From IMG/VR virus record IMGVR_UViG_3300032268_000832, positions 62,001 to 126,000 of that record: a stretch of DNA of 64,000 nt. One strand, given 5' to 3'. This document shows, piece by piece, positions 47,205 through 56,461 of the stretch. The notes under the pieces are model-generated. The model saw only the letters and a list, made by a program, of their open reading frames with translations. It was not told where the DNA came from and searched no databases. The first letter of the stretch is position 1, and every line of letters starts with the position of its first letter. The position numbers and the translations under genes were made by a program.

Positions 47205-50200
47205 ATGGGACAAAAAATTAATTCAACACCAATAAGTTCAATATATTACCAAACTGGTAATGGTACACCATCACATATAGCTACTATAGGTTGTGTATAT
47301 ACTGACGTTGATACTGGGAATATGTATATAAATAAAGATGGTTTAGTTAATTGGGTACCTTTTTCAGATTCAAGTTCATCAATATTTGGAAATTATTTAC
47401 CATTGTCTGGTGGTACTGTATATGGTAATACTATCTTTACTAGCGGTCTTACTGTTAATTATTTAGATTTTGATACTACACCAATAGTTCCATCACCAAC
47501 TGGTGGTACACTATATTTTGATTCAACTGAAAACGCTTTATCCTATAAACCTGTTACAAATCAAAATGATGTTACGGTAAATTTGGGTCAAGAAAGTTTA
47601 ATTAAAATTTACAATAATTTAGGATACCAAATCAACAATGGTCAAGTTTTACATATTACAGGGTCTACTATAACAGGTGGTACACCAACAGTTGCGTTGG
47701 CTAACGCATCAAAATTAGGAACCGTATTTACTGTAGGTTTAGCACAAACTTCAGGTGTTGCAACTCACGATATACCTAGCGGACAATATGGTTTTATGAC
47801 AAACTTTGGCGTAGTTAGAGATTTAAACACATCAGCGTTTACCGCAGGGCAAGAGGTATTTTTATCTGATACTATTGATGGGGCTTTAACCAACGACCCA
47901 AATGATATTGCATACACTTCAAGGGTTTCAACCGTTGGTTATTGTTTGGAATCAAATGCAACAACAGGTAAAATATTAGTTCAAATTACTAATGAAAACG
48001 CTGTACAAAGTTTGACACAACTACAAGTAAATGTGTTGTTGGGTAATACAATATCGACAGGTGTTTTTAATTTTACTGGAATAACGTTGGCGTCAAGCAA
48101 CACGTTTAACGTTGCACCAGTAGATGCTTGGTTGGTTGACAATACAACAAATCCTTTAGTTCCAGAAGTTCTTTATGTTAAGTATTCTGGTCAAACAAAT
48201 ATTCCATCACTTTATTATAATACGGCAACAGAAACATACCTGTTACTTACTAGTGCTGGTACTATAACACAACAGACAACATTTCCAACACCGCAACAAA
48301 GAAGACAAAATATTTATTTGGGTAAAATGGGTCATGGTAATAGAACTAGTCTTATTAACGCATTTAACGAACCCGATTTAGACGTATCACCATTATCACA
48401 ACTTCGTGATATGTTTACACCGATTAAATTAATAAATGAAAATATTTATCCAAGCCCTAATTCAAATCTAACATTTAATACTAGTAGTGGAACTTTATTT
48501 GGGTTAGGTATTGGGTTTACGACAAATCAACTTAACCCAAGTAGTATAAGTGTATCAGGAAACTCACCAACAACATTTCAATATAGAACACAAACAGGTG
48601 GTACAGCAACCAATAGAACTACAATAGACCCAGCAAATTATGATTTAAATGGTGTAGTCACTTCAATTGGAAGTCCAGCAAAACAAGCGACAAACCAAAG
48701 AATATATTTGTTACAAAATGGTCAATTTAGGATACAATATGGTCAAACTAAATATGCTGATTTAACAACAGCAATTGCAGCGGTTAATACAGAAGCATTT
48801 ACAACATTTTCAAACTTTAGGGATAACGCAGTATTAATTGCAATATTATCTGTTAGGTCAGATGCAACAATTTTAAGTAATATAGCACAAGCCAAAATTA
48901 CGTTTGCATCAAAATTTGGTGAAACAGTAGGTGGAACTGGTGGTATTTCAACCACTACACTTCAACAAGCGTATGATAATTCAGCAACACCTGAGATTGT
49001 AACAAATTCGGCAGAAGGTGCATTATCTATTAAAAATGGTACTGGTAATGCTGATAACGTAACTAGATTACTTGAGGGTCTTAATGCTGCTGGAAATGCA
49101 ACTAGTTTTATTAGAGCTGATGGTGATATATCTGGAACAACAATACAAACAAATAATTTAACAGCTACTACAATTTCAGCTACAACAGTAACAGCAAATA
49201 ATCTTAATGGTTTATCGTCTTCAGCAACAACCGCGGTAAATGTTAATATCACAGAAATTACAAATGCACCTATTGATTATAATATAACTTTTGTAGGTAG
49301 TGTCTCGGGTAGTAATGGTTTAGGTGTTGATTCAACCACTTTAACTTATAATCCAAGTATTAGTACTTTTAAAACCCCAGTTATGTCTGCATCATCAACA
49401 ATAAATTCTGGTACTCTTACAACAACTACAATAAATGGTTCTAATAACCAATCAGGTATCGTTGTTGTTGGTAGTAACACAGTTGGTGGGTCTGGTTATG
49501 TAGATTTCATAAAAGTCACAAATACGTCTGCTGGTGCAACAAATATAAATAAAACAATTCGTGTAAACAACACAGGTGCTATAGAATTCATCAACAGCAC
49601 ATATCTTGCAACAACATTTAGTATTTCAGATAATGGTATCATAACAATTACTAGCCCAGCAAGCGTTACAAGTAATTCTGCGACTAACAATGCGTTGAAT
49701 GTTGGAACTAAAGGTCAATTATTTGATGATGGTAACTTTCATATACACAGTAATAGTGGTTCTGTATGGATTAATTCATTGGATGGTAATCCTATTCGTT
49801 TAGGTACACAAACCAATACAGGTAACTCGGCTGTTATTGTAGATACAACTACTGTTGGACATAGTTTCTTCACAAAAGTTCAGAGTGGTTTTAACGTGGC
49901 TTTTGGTACCGAGATAACCATGGATAACTTAAAGATTCGTATTAACGGAACTGGTGGTTCTGGTGGTCTTGTACAAGCTGGTGCTGTGAGTGGTAGTTTT
50001 GCTGCTTATACAACTTTAGTTGGTAATGTTGCTGGTGCAGCACTACAAGGTGATACTAATTCTGGTGGTATTACATTTACAACAACTTATCAAAACATAA
50101 GTGGTGTTCAGAAGACTTTATCCGCTGGTGGTGACACTACAACGTTACACCTTATTGATACCACAAACAGTAGAATATATAGAATAACAGCGATACACTG

Positions 50201-50246
50201 TCAAGGCACAACTGGTGGTTACACTAGTATTGAACGTATGTCATAA
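47205..50246 (+). CDS. Large Thr/Ser/Gly-rich fibre/appendage protein
   Basis: 1013 aa; YLPLSGGT, GVATHDI..G..GF...GVV.DLNTS decoration-like domain. Confidence 0.65.
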   Translation: MGQKINSTPISSIYYQTGNGTPSHIATIGCVYTDVDTGNMYINKDGLVNWVPFSDSSSSIFGNYLPLSGGTVYGNTIFTSGLTVNYLDFDTTPIVPSPTGGTLYFDSTENALSYKPVTNQNDVTVNLGQESLIKIYNNLGYQINNGQVLHITGSTITGGTPTVALANASKLGTVFTVGLAQTSGVATHDIPSGQYGFMTNFGVVRDLNTSAFTAGQEVFLSDTIDGALTNDPNDIAYTSRVSTVGYCLESNATTGKILVQITNENAVQSLTQLQVNVLLGNTISTGVFNFTGITLASSNTFNVAPVDAWLVDNTTNPLVPEVLYVKYSGQTNIPSLYYNTATETYLLLTSAGTITQQTTFPTPQQRRQNIYLGKMGHGNRTSLINAFNEPDLDVSPLSQLRDMFTPIKLINENIYPSPNSNLTFNTSSGTLFGLGIGFTTNQLNPSSISVSGNSPTTFQYRTQTGGTATNRTTIDPANYDLNGVVTSIGSPAKQATNQRIYLLQNGQFRIQYGQTKYADLTTAIAAVNTEAFTTFSNFRDNAVLIAILSVRSDATILSNIAQAKITFASKFGETVGGTGGISTTTLQQAYDNSATPEIVTNSAEGALSIKNGTGNADNVTRLLEGLNAAGNATSFIRADGDISGTTIQTNNLTATTISATTVTANNLNGLSSSATTAVNVNITEITNAPIDYNITFVGSVSGSNGLGVDSTTLTYNPSISTFKTPVMSASSTINSGTLTTTTINGSNNQSGIVVVGSNTVGGSGYVDFIKVTNTSAGATNINKTIRVNNTGAIEFINSTYLATTFSISDNGIITITSPASVTSNSATNNALNVGTKGQLFDDGNFHIHSNSGSVWINSLDGNPIRLGTQTNTGNSAVIVDTTTVGHSFFTKVQSGFNVAFGTEITMDNLKIRINGTGGSGGLVQAGAVSGSFAAYTTLVGNVAGAALQGDTNSGGITFTTTYQNISGVQKTLSAGGDTTTLHLIDTTNSRIYRITAIHCQGTTGGYTSIERMS

Positions 50247-50248
50247 AT

Positions 50249-50398
50249 TTATTCACCGTATAAGTCTTTTTTAGGTGTGCAACCCTCTCTAATCAGTTTT
50301 TCCACAAACTGAAACATCTTTAACCCATTTTCTTCACAATATTTTTTAAGAAGTTCATGGGTTAAAGGTGTTATTTTTATGTTTTTATCCCTTTTCAT
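50249..50398 (-). CDS. Ribbon-helix-helix DNA-binding protein (49 aa, not in ORF track)
   Basis: MKRDKNIKITPLTHELLKKYCEENGLKMFQFVEKLIREGCTPKKDLYGE: strand-helix-G-helix pattern. Confidence 0.7.
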   Translation of the reverse strand: MKRDKNIKITPLTHELLKKYCEENGLKMFQFVEKLIREGCTPKKDLYGE

Positions 50399-50414
50399 AT
50401 GTCTTTTACCTATA

Positions 50415-50445
50415 AGTATGATAAAAATATGAAAAAAATCATACT
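50415..50445. promoter_or_regulatory. Putative RHH operator
   Basis: AGTATGAT-N15-ATCATACT inverted repeat plus a central TATGA box. Confidence 0.5.
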
Positions 50446-50492
50446 AAAAGTGATTATTATTTTTTTACAAACCCACTTTTGAAAAATCAGTG

Positions 50493-50500
50493 ATATTTAT
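50493..50500 (+). promoter_or_regulatory. Putative late promoter ATATTTAT
   Basis: 50 nt upstream of sheath ATG. Confidence 0.6.
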
Positions 50501-50550
50501 TATAAAACAAAACATTAAATTTAATAATATCACTTAAAAAGTAAAAAAAT

Positions 50551-53406
50551 ATGGCAACAAAAGTGTTCGTAAGTCCAGGGGTTTATACCTCAGAAAAAGA
50601 CTTATCATTTATTACACGTCAAATCGGTGTTACAACTTTAGGTTTAGTTGGGGAGACTACAATAGGTCCTGCATTTCAACCAATTTTTGTAGGCAATTAT
50701 GGCGAATTCCAATCTTTTTTTGGTGGCCAAAATGCTACTAGAGTAAAAGATAACGGTGCACCAAGATATGAATTACCTTATATCGCTAAATCGTATTTAT
50801 CTCAATCAAACCAATTATTCGTAACTAGAGTATTAGGGTTTTCTGGATATGATGCAGGTAAAGCATGGGGTATAACATTACAAGGTACATTAGACCCTGA
50901 TACTGTTGGGGTAACTTCATCAGGAACCACATATAGTCCTATAATTTCATATACAGCAATAACTGCTACTAATGAGGTTGTTAGTGTTGTTTCAAACGTA
51001 CCTTTAATTCAACAATTATATAATGATGGTACTTTAGTAAATCCATTGAATATATTGGGTACTTTCAGTGCTACAGGTAATGTCGCATCTATAGATGTAG
51101 AGTACAAAAAAACAGGTGCTACTTATAGTGGTGTATCATTTAATTTATTTGTTAATTCAATCGGTACTACTGGTTTATATACAACTGGTACAACAACAGG
51201 TGCTACAGTTACTTATTCTGGTTCAGCATATTCTGATGTTGAAAACAAGTTGGTAACTTTATTACGTTCTAGAGGTACAATAAATTCAGCTACACAGTTA
51301 CCTAACTTTGAAGTTAGTGCGGCTACAGGTAATTTAGGTTTTAACCCTACTTATACCGCTGCAAATAGTGACGCTTTAGGTGATTTCGCGTTGACTGGTA
51401 CATCTAATACTCAAGGTGCTTTTAGTTATGTATTATCGTTTGATAAAACAAAACAAAACTACATTACTAGAGTATTGGGTAGAGAAGCTCAAGATGGAAC
51501 AACAGCAATTTTTGTTGAAGAGTTCTATAACAATATGTTTACTGATTTAAACGCTGCTGAAAAAATAGCTGGTATTAATTTAAGTCTTGTGAATTATAGT
51601 GGAGAATTTTCTGATTATCAAAAAGAATACCAACCAGCAGTTACACCTTATGTAGTTTCTGAATTACGTGGTACTAACTTATTTAGATTATTTAGATTCT
51701 GGACAATATCAGACGGTAACGCTGCTAACGAACAATTTAAAATATCTATTAGAAATATTAATTTAGATTCTGGTGAATTTGATGTTGTTGTTAGAGGATT
51801 CTACGATACTGATGCTCAACCAACTGTATTGGAAACATTCAGTCGTTGTACTATGAGCCCAACATCTAATAATTACGTTGCTAGAAGAATAGGTACACTT
51901 GATGGTGAATACCCATCTAAATCATCTTATGTTCTTATTGAGATGGATACTGATTCAGATACTAGCGATATGGTTCCAGCTGGTTTCGTAGGTTTCCCAA
52001 TTAGAGATTACCAAGAAAATAGCAATACAACAGTTGTTAACCCTGCTATTGAGTATAAAAAAGCTTATGGTACATTTGAAAATAAACGTAAATATTATTT
52101 AGGTTTATCTGAAACTGTAGGTATTGATTCGGATTTCTTTGATTATAAAGGGGTTCCTGTAGGACAAACTTATGATATGTGGACTGGTCTTACAAAAGGT
52201 TTCCATATGGACGTTAATGCTACTGGCGCTACAATCGACAATGTATTTGTTGTGATTAACAATAGTGGTGATACATATAATCCAATATTCTTATTTGATA
52301 CTGGTGACGCTGCGTTTAACAGTACTGCTGTAGCAGATGCTAATAATCCATATAATAAAATATATGCGCGTAAATTTACATTTGCACCTTATGGTGGTTT
52401 TGATGGATGGGATATATACAGAACTAGAAGAAGTAACTTAGACTCATTCTTAATCAACGGTACTAATGGTGTTAAAGGTTTAAATAGTGGTGCTTTTACT
52501 AATAGAACACTTACAAACGGTGATTTAGGTATTAATTCAGATTACTACGCATATTTAGAAGCTATTTGGACATTTAAAAACCCAGAAGCAGTTAATATTA
52601 ATGTGTTTGCAACTCCAGGTATTGATACGTTTGATAACAGTAACTTAATTGAGGCTGCTATTGAAATGGTTGAAACTGATAGAGCTGACTCATTATATAT
52701 TTTAACAACCCCAGATACAAATGCTGGTGGTGAGGTTATGTCAGCTGAAGAAATTTCAGATTTCTATTCTGATGGTTCTTTCGATAGTAACTACTCATGT
52801 ACTTATTGGCCATGGATTCAAGTAAACGATACTGAAAATAATGTTTACATTTGGATGCCGCCAACAAGAGATGTAGTTAGAAACATCGCGTTAACTGACA
52901 ACATTGCATTCCCATGGTTTGCTGTTGCTGGTATTCAAAGAGGTGATGTTGACTGTATTCAAGCTCGTAAAAAACTTACTCTTTCTGAAAGAGATGCGTT
53001 ATACGAAAATAGAGTTAACCCAATTGCAACTTTCACATCAGATGGTGTTAAAATCTGGGGTAATAAAACTCTTCAAGTTAAAGAATCTGCTCTTGACAGA
53101 ATCAACGTTAGAAGACTATTGTTACAAGCTAGAAAACTTATCTCTGCTGTTTCTATCAGATTGTTATTTGAACAAAACGATAGTGTTGTAAGAAATCAAT
53201 TCTTATCATTGGTTAACCCAATCTTAGATAATATTAGAGCTGAAAGAGGTCTTACAGACTTTAGAGTGGTTCTTTCAAATGACCCAGAAGATATCGATAG
53301 AAATCAACTTACAGGTCAGATATTCTTGAAACCAACTAGAGCGTTAGAGTTCATCCAATTAGAGTTCGTAATTATGAACACTGGTGCATCTTTCGATAAC
53401 ATCTAA
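50551..53406 (+). CDS. Contractile tail sheath protein (gp18-like)
   Basis: SPGVYTSEKD, G.T..GPAF.P, YWPW, PWFAVAG..RG, NPI, WGNKTL, RINVRRL, PTRALEFI. Confidence 0.95.
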   Translation: MATKVFVSPGVYTSEKDLSFITRQIGVTTLGLVGETTIGPAFQPIFVGNYGEFQSFFGGQNATRVKDNGAPRYELPYIAKSYLSQSNQLFVTRVLGFSGYDAGKAWGITLQGTLDPDTVGVTSSGTTYSPIISYTAITATNEVVSVVSNVPLIQQLYNDGTLVNPLNILGTFSATGNVASIDVEYKKTGATYSGVSFNLFVNSIGTTGLYTTGTTTGATVTYSGSAYSDVENKLVTLLRSRGTINSATQLPNFEVSAATGNLGFNPTYTAANSDALGDFALTGTSNTQGAFSYVLSFDKTKQNYITRVLGREAQDGTTAIFVEEFYNNMFTDLNAAEKIAGINLSLVNYSGEFSDYQKEYQPAVTPYVVSELRGTNLFRLFRFWTISDGNAANEQFKISIRNINLDSGEFDVVVRGFYDTDAQPTVLETFSRCTMSPTSNNYVARRIGTLDGEYPSKSSYVLIEMDTDSDTSDMVPAGFVGFPIRDYQENSNTTVVNPAIEYKKAYGTFENKRKYYLGLSETVGIDSDFFDYKGVPVGQTYDMWTGLTKGFHMDVNATGATIDNVFVVINNSGDTYNPIFLFDTGDAAFNSTAVADANNPYNKIYARKFTFAPYGGFDGWDIYRTRRSNLDSFLINGTNGVKGLNSGAFTNRTLTNGDLGINSDYYAYLEAIWTFKNPEAVNINVFATPGIDTFDNSNLIEAAIEMVETDRADSLYILTTPDTNAGGEVMSAEEISDFYSDGSFDSNYSCTYWPWIQVNDTENNVYIWMPPTRDVVRNIALTDNIAFPWFAVAGIQRGDVDCIQARKKLTLSERDALYENRVNPIATFTSDGVKIWGNKTLQVKESALDRINVRRLLLQARKLISAVSIRLLFEQNDSVVRNQFLSLVNPILDNIRAERGLTDFRVVLSNDPEDIDRNQLTGQIFLKPTRALEFIQLEFVIMNTGASFDNI

Positions 53407-53423
53407 TAAAAAATAAACAAAAC

Positions 53424-53453
53424 AAAAAGGCTTCCTTAGTGGGAGCTTTTTTT
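53424..53453 (+). terminator. Intrinsic terminator
   Basis: aaaaaggcttcc...gggagcttttttt after sheath stop. Confidence 0.7.
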
Positions 53454-53463
53454 GTTTTATAAG

Positions 53464-53471
53464 ATATTTAT
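53464..53471 (+). promoter_or_regulatory. Putative late promoter ATATTTAT
   Basis: 14 nt upstream of ATG 53486. Confidence 0.6.
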
Positions 53472-53485
53472 GTTAAACAACTATT

Positions 53486-53857
53486 ATGAAGCTTATAATT
53501 ACAGAAACACAATACAATAGACTTTTTTTAAACGAAGAAAAAGAAGTATCATTCAATTTTGATAATGACACCATATTGGCGTTCGGAAAATTAATTGGAT
53601 TACCAATGAAAGGTCAAAACGGTTTTTTAGCTGATAGAGCGTTAGATAACCAAGAAGTATTATCTAAGATTTATTCAATTATGACAAATGTTAATGAGAA
53701 GAATAAAATTATCGATGATTTGGGGAATAAAGGTATGGTTGATTCAGATAAAAAACTACATGATAATATTGAATCAATCGTTACAAATTTTAACAAATAT
53801 TCAAAGGATAAAACATTAAATTTGGATACCGTGTTAAATAAAATACTTAGAAAATAA
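53486..53857 (+). CDS. Putative internal head protein with IITETQY leader
   Basis: MKLIITETQYNRLFLNE; leader shared with 58037. Confidence 0.55.
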   Translation: MKLIITETQYNRLFLNEEKEVSFNFDNDTILAFGKLIGLPMKGQNGFLADRALDNQEVLSKIYSIMTNVNEKNKIIDDLGNKGMVDSDKKLHDNIESIVTNFNKYSKDKTLNLDTVLNKILRK

Positions 53858-53896
53858 AATAATTTTTATTTTTTCTTCAATTTTTTTTCTTTCATG

Positions 53897-53905
53897 ATAT
53901 TTATA
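53897..53905 (+). promoter_or_regulatory. Putative late promoter ATATTTATA
   Basis: Upstream of tail tube gene. Confidence 0.6.
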
Positions 53906-53968
53906 ATTAAATAATAATTTATTACCAAAAAAAAGGTACTAATACATATCTTAAAAAAAACAAAAATT

Positions 53969-54457
53969 ATGGCTGATTTATTAATGAAAATGCCCCTACC
54001 ATACGAGCCTAAGAAAAAGAATCGTTGGTTAATTACATTTCCAGCTGACTTAGGTATCCAACAATGGTGGTTATCTTCAGCATCTAGACCTTCAATAACA
54101 CAAAATGAGGTTGAGATTCCTTTCCTAAACACATCTACATGGGTTATTGGTAGATTTACTTGGGAAGCAATTGACGTTACATTCCGTGACCCAATTGGTC
54201 CTTCTGCTACTCAAGCAATTATGGAATGGGTTCGTCTTCACTCTGAATCAATCACAGGTCGTCAAGGTTACGCTGCTGGTTATAAAAGACCAGTTGAGTT
54301 AGAAATGCTTGACCCGACAGGTGTTGTTATCGAGAAATGGTTATTAGATGGAACTATGCTTACAAATGTAGGATTTGGTGATTTATCATTTGAGGATGAT
54401 GGTATCGCTGAGATTACAGCAACTCTTAGGTTTGATAGAGCAATCTTATTATTCTAA
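53969..54457 (+). CDS. Tail tube protein (gp19-like)
   Basis: EPKKKNRW, RPSI, GRFTWEAIDVTFRDPI, MEW, LDPTGVVIEKWLL.G, FGDL. Confidence 0.9.
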   Translation: MADLLMKMPLPYEPKKKNRWLITFPADLGIQQWWLSSASRPSITQNEVEIPFLNTSTWVIGRFTWEAIDVTFRDPIGPSATQAIMEWVRLHSESITGRQGYAAGYKRPVELEMLDPTGVVIEKWLLDGTMLTNVGFGDLSFEDDGIAEITATLRFDRAILLF

Positions 54458-54498
54458 TATTTAAAAATATATTATCCTAACCCATAAAAAATAAATAT

Positions 54499-54526
54499 AA
54501 AAACCATCTTTTTAGGTGGTTTTTTT
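54499..54526 (+). terminator. Intrinsic terminator
   Basis: aaaaaccatct-tttt-aggtggttttttt. Confidence 0.7.
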
Positions 54527-54537
54527 ATTTTATAGTA

Positions 54538-54546
54538 ATATTTATA
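54538..54546 (+). promoter_or_regulatory. Putative late promoter ATATTTATA
   Basis: 11 nt upstream of ATG 54558. Confidence 0.65.
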
Positions 54547-54557
54547 ATAAAATAAAA

Positions 54558-55223
54558 ATGCGAAAATTAGATAAACTAAAAAATATTAGAAAAGTTAATT
54601 TATTAATAGAACAACGATATTTGAGTGAATTTAATGGTGGTGAGAATGAAGTTAGACTTAAACAGTTATACTCTGGTTATTTAGATACTATTTTCCCTAA
54701 TTCTGATATTAAAAAAATACTATACCATGGAACAAAGTCTAAAGAACTTGAAGGTGGGTCTTTTAGGGTATCTCAGGATGGAACATATGGTTCAGGTGTA
54801 TATTTTTTTGATAGAAACCACAAATATAGTGTTGGTGAGTTTGGTGATAATACGATATTTGTTAAGATAAATTCTAGTATGGCGTTTAATAATATATTAC
54901 TTAAACAAGAATGGAGTAAATTAGCAAATAAGTTAAAAGATAGTCCAGATTATCACCATAGGGATTCTTTGAGTGGTTTTATCAACCAATACATTAGAAA
55001 AGAAGGGTATGATACTATTATTGATTATTATGGTTCAGATATAGTTTATGTTGCTTTATATTTAGAAAATATACATATTTTGGGTGATGAAAAAGACATA
55101 TTATCTTTTAAAAAATACGTTGAAGCAAATAAAAATAACCAATTAAATAATGAAATAAAAGATGGTGTTGAAGATTTATTTAACACTAAACCTAATTTAA
55201 AAAATATAAAAATAAATAATTAA
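54558..55223 (+). CDS. ADP-ribosyltransferase-like (ART-PolyVal-type) protein with shared leader
   Basis: LYHGT...G.YGSGVYF...GYDTII...IVYV...IHILG; start moved to ATG 54558. Confidence 0.6.
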   Translation: MRKLDKLKNIRKVNLLIEQRYLSEFNGGENEVRLKQLYSGYLDTIFPNSDIKKILYHGTKSKELEGGSFRVSQDGTYGSGVYFFDRNHKYSVGEFGDNTIFVKINSSMAFNNILLKQEWSKLANKLKDSPDYHHRDSLSGFINQYIRKEGYDTIIDYYGSDIVYVALYLENIHILGDEKDILSFKKYVEANKNNQLNNEIKDGVEDLFNTKPNLKNIKINN

Positions 55224-55231
55224 ATAAAACT

Positions 55232-55648
55232 ATGAGAAGATTTGATAAAAAAATAAATTTAAAAAAAGCAAATATATTAGCAGAACAAAGATATTTGGTG
55301 ACTAAAGGTTTGATTAACGAAGGTCCTATAACAGATGTTGATGGGGTAACCAATGATTTATTAAAAGATTATATTTATGCTTATGATAACGATAAAGATT
55401 TAGGTATGGTTGATGCTAAAATATATGATTTAATGAAAAAAACACTTAGTGTTCATGGTGCTGAACCAGAAATTAAAAAACAAATGTATTTAACCATGGC
55501 TGAAAAATTAAAAAATACAAATATACCTAAATTACAATCGTTTGGTCAAACCTATAGTATGATTGGTAGGTCATTTGGTACTGAAAGCCCTATTGGTGAT
55601 ACTAGTGATATGGTAAATCATATAAAAAGTCAAGGTGGTTTAGAATAA
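55232..55648 (+). CDS. Putative internal head protein with EQRYL leader
   Basis: MRRFDKKINLKKANILAEQRYL matches N-terminus of 54558. Confidence 0.55.
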   Translation: MRRFDKKINLKKANILAEQRYLVTKGLINEGPITDVDGVTNDLLKDYIYAYDNDKDLGMVDAKIYDLMKKTLSVHGAEPEIKKQMYLTMAEKLKNTNIPKLQSFGQTYSMIGRSFGTESPIGDTSDMVNHIKSQGGLE

Positions 55649-55665
55649 TAATAACAAACTAAAAT

Positions 55666-55709
55666 AAAATGAGTTGATTATTTAATTTAATTTAATCAGC
55701 TCATTTTTT
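55666..55709 (+). terminator. Intrinsic terminator
   Basis: aaaatgagttgatta...taatcagctcatttttt long stem (one G-U pair). Confidence 0.65.
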
Positions 55710-55758
55710 ATTTACAAAAAAATTAACTTTCTTATATTTATTTTTAAATAGTTTTAAA

Positions 55759-56454
55759 ATGAATAAACAAGTTAAAAATAAAAAAGAAATTTTAAGTGGA
55801 GACACCTTAGAGATTAAACATTTAAATGGTGTTAAAAGTTATTTAAAAAAAACACCACCTATTGGGAATAGACATGAGGATGCGAAAAGTATTAAAGGTG
55901 ATTATCCTAAATCAATTAATGAATATTTAGATAAAAGGAAAAATGAGGTTCCTATGTATGACCCTAAAACAGGTGAACCAAATCCTTATTATGAAAAGTT
56001 AACTGGTAATAAAAATCCTTTGTTAGAAACACCTAAAATGATAAATCCTAATATTAAAGAACCTAAATTAAAAAATAGGTTTTTAGTTCATTTACCAAAA
56101 GAATTTGGTATTGATATATGGGATGTTAAAAATATAAACAGACCTACAGTTATTTTAAAACCAAAAAAAATTTTAGGGTTAACTTATGGTTATGAAAAAA
56201 ATTGTTCTCAAATAAACATTGAATTTTATGACAAAATACAAAATAAAAATAAAAACCTATTAAATTATTTAGAAACCCAAAAAAAATTCTCATTTTATAT
56301 TGAAGAGTTAGACCCAACTGGTGTTGTAATCGATAGATTTGAATTAAGTCATTGTAATTTAACTTATCTTAGTTTTGGTGATTTAGATTATAAATCTAAA
56401 GAAATAAATAATATTATCTTATCAATTAATATTGGTAAATTAGAATTAAAATAA
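55759..56454 (+). CDS. Divergent tail-tube paralog with N-terminal extension
   Basis: EPKLKNRF...RPTV...IEFYD...LDPTGVVIDRFEL...FGDLDY aligns by eye with 53969. Confidence 0.7.
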   Translation: MNKQVKNKKEILSGDTLEIKHLNGVKSYLKKTPPIGNRHEDAKSIKGDYPKSINEYLDKRKNEVPMYDPKTGEPNPYYEKLTGNKNPLLETPKMINPNIKEPKLKNRFLVHLPKEFGIDIWDVKNINRPTVILKPKKILGLTYGYEKNCSQINIEFYDKIQNKNKNLLNYLETQKKFSFYIEELDPTGVVIDRFELSHCNLTYLSFGDLDYKSKEINNIILSINIGKLELK

Positions 56455-56461
56455 ATAAAGT

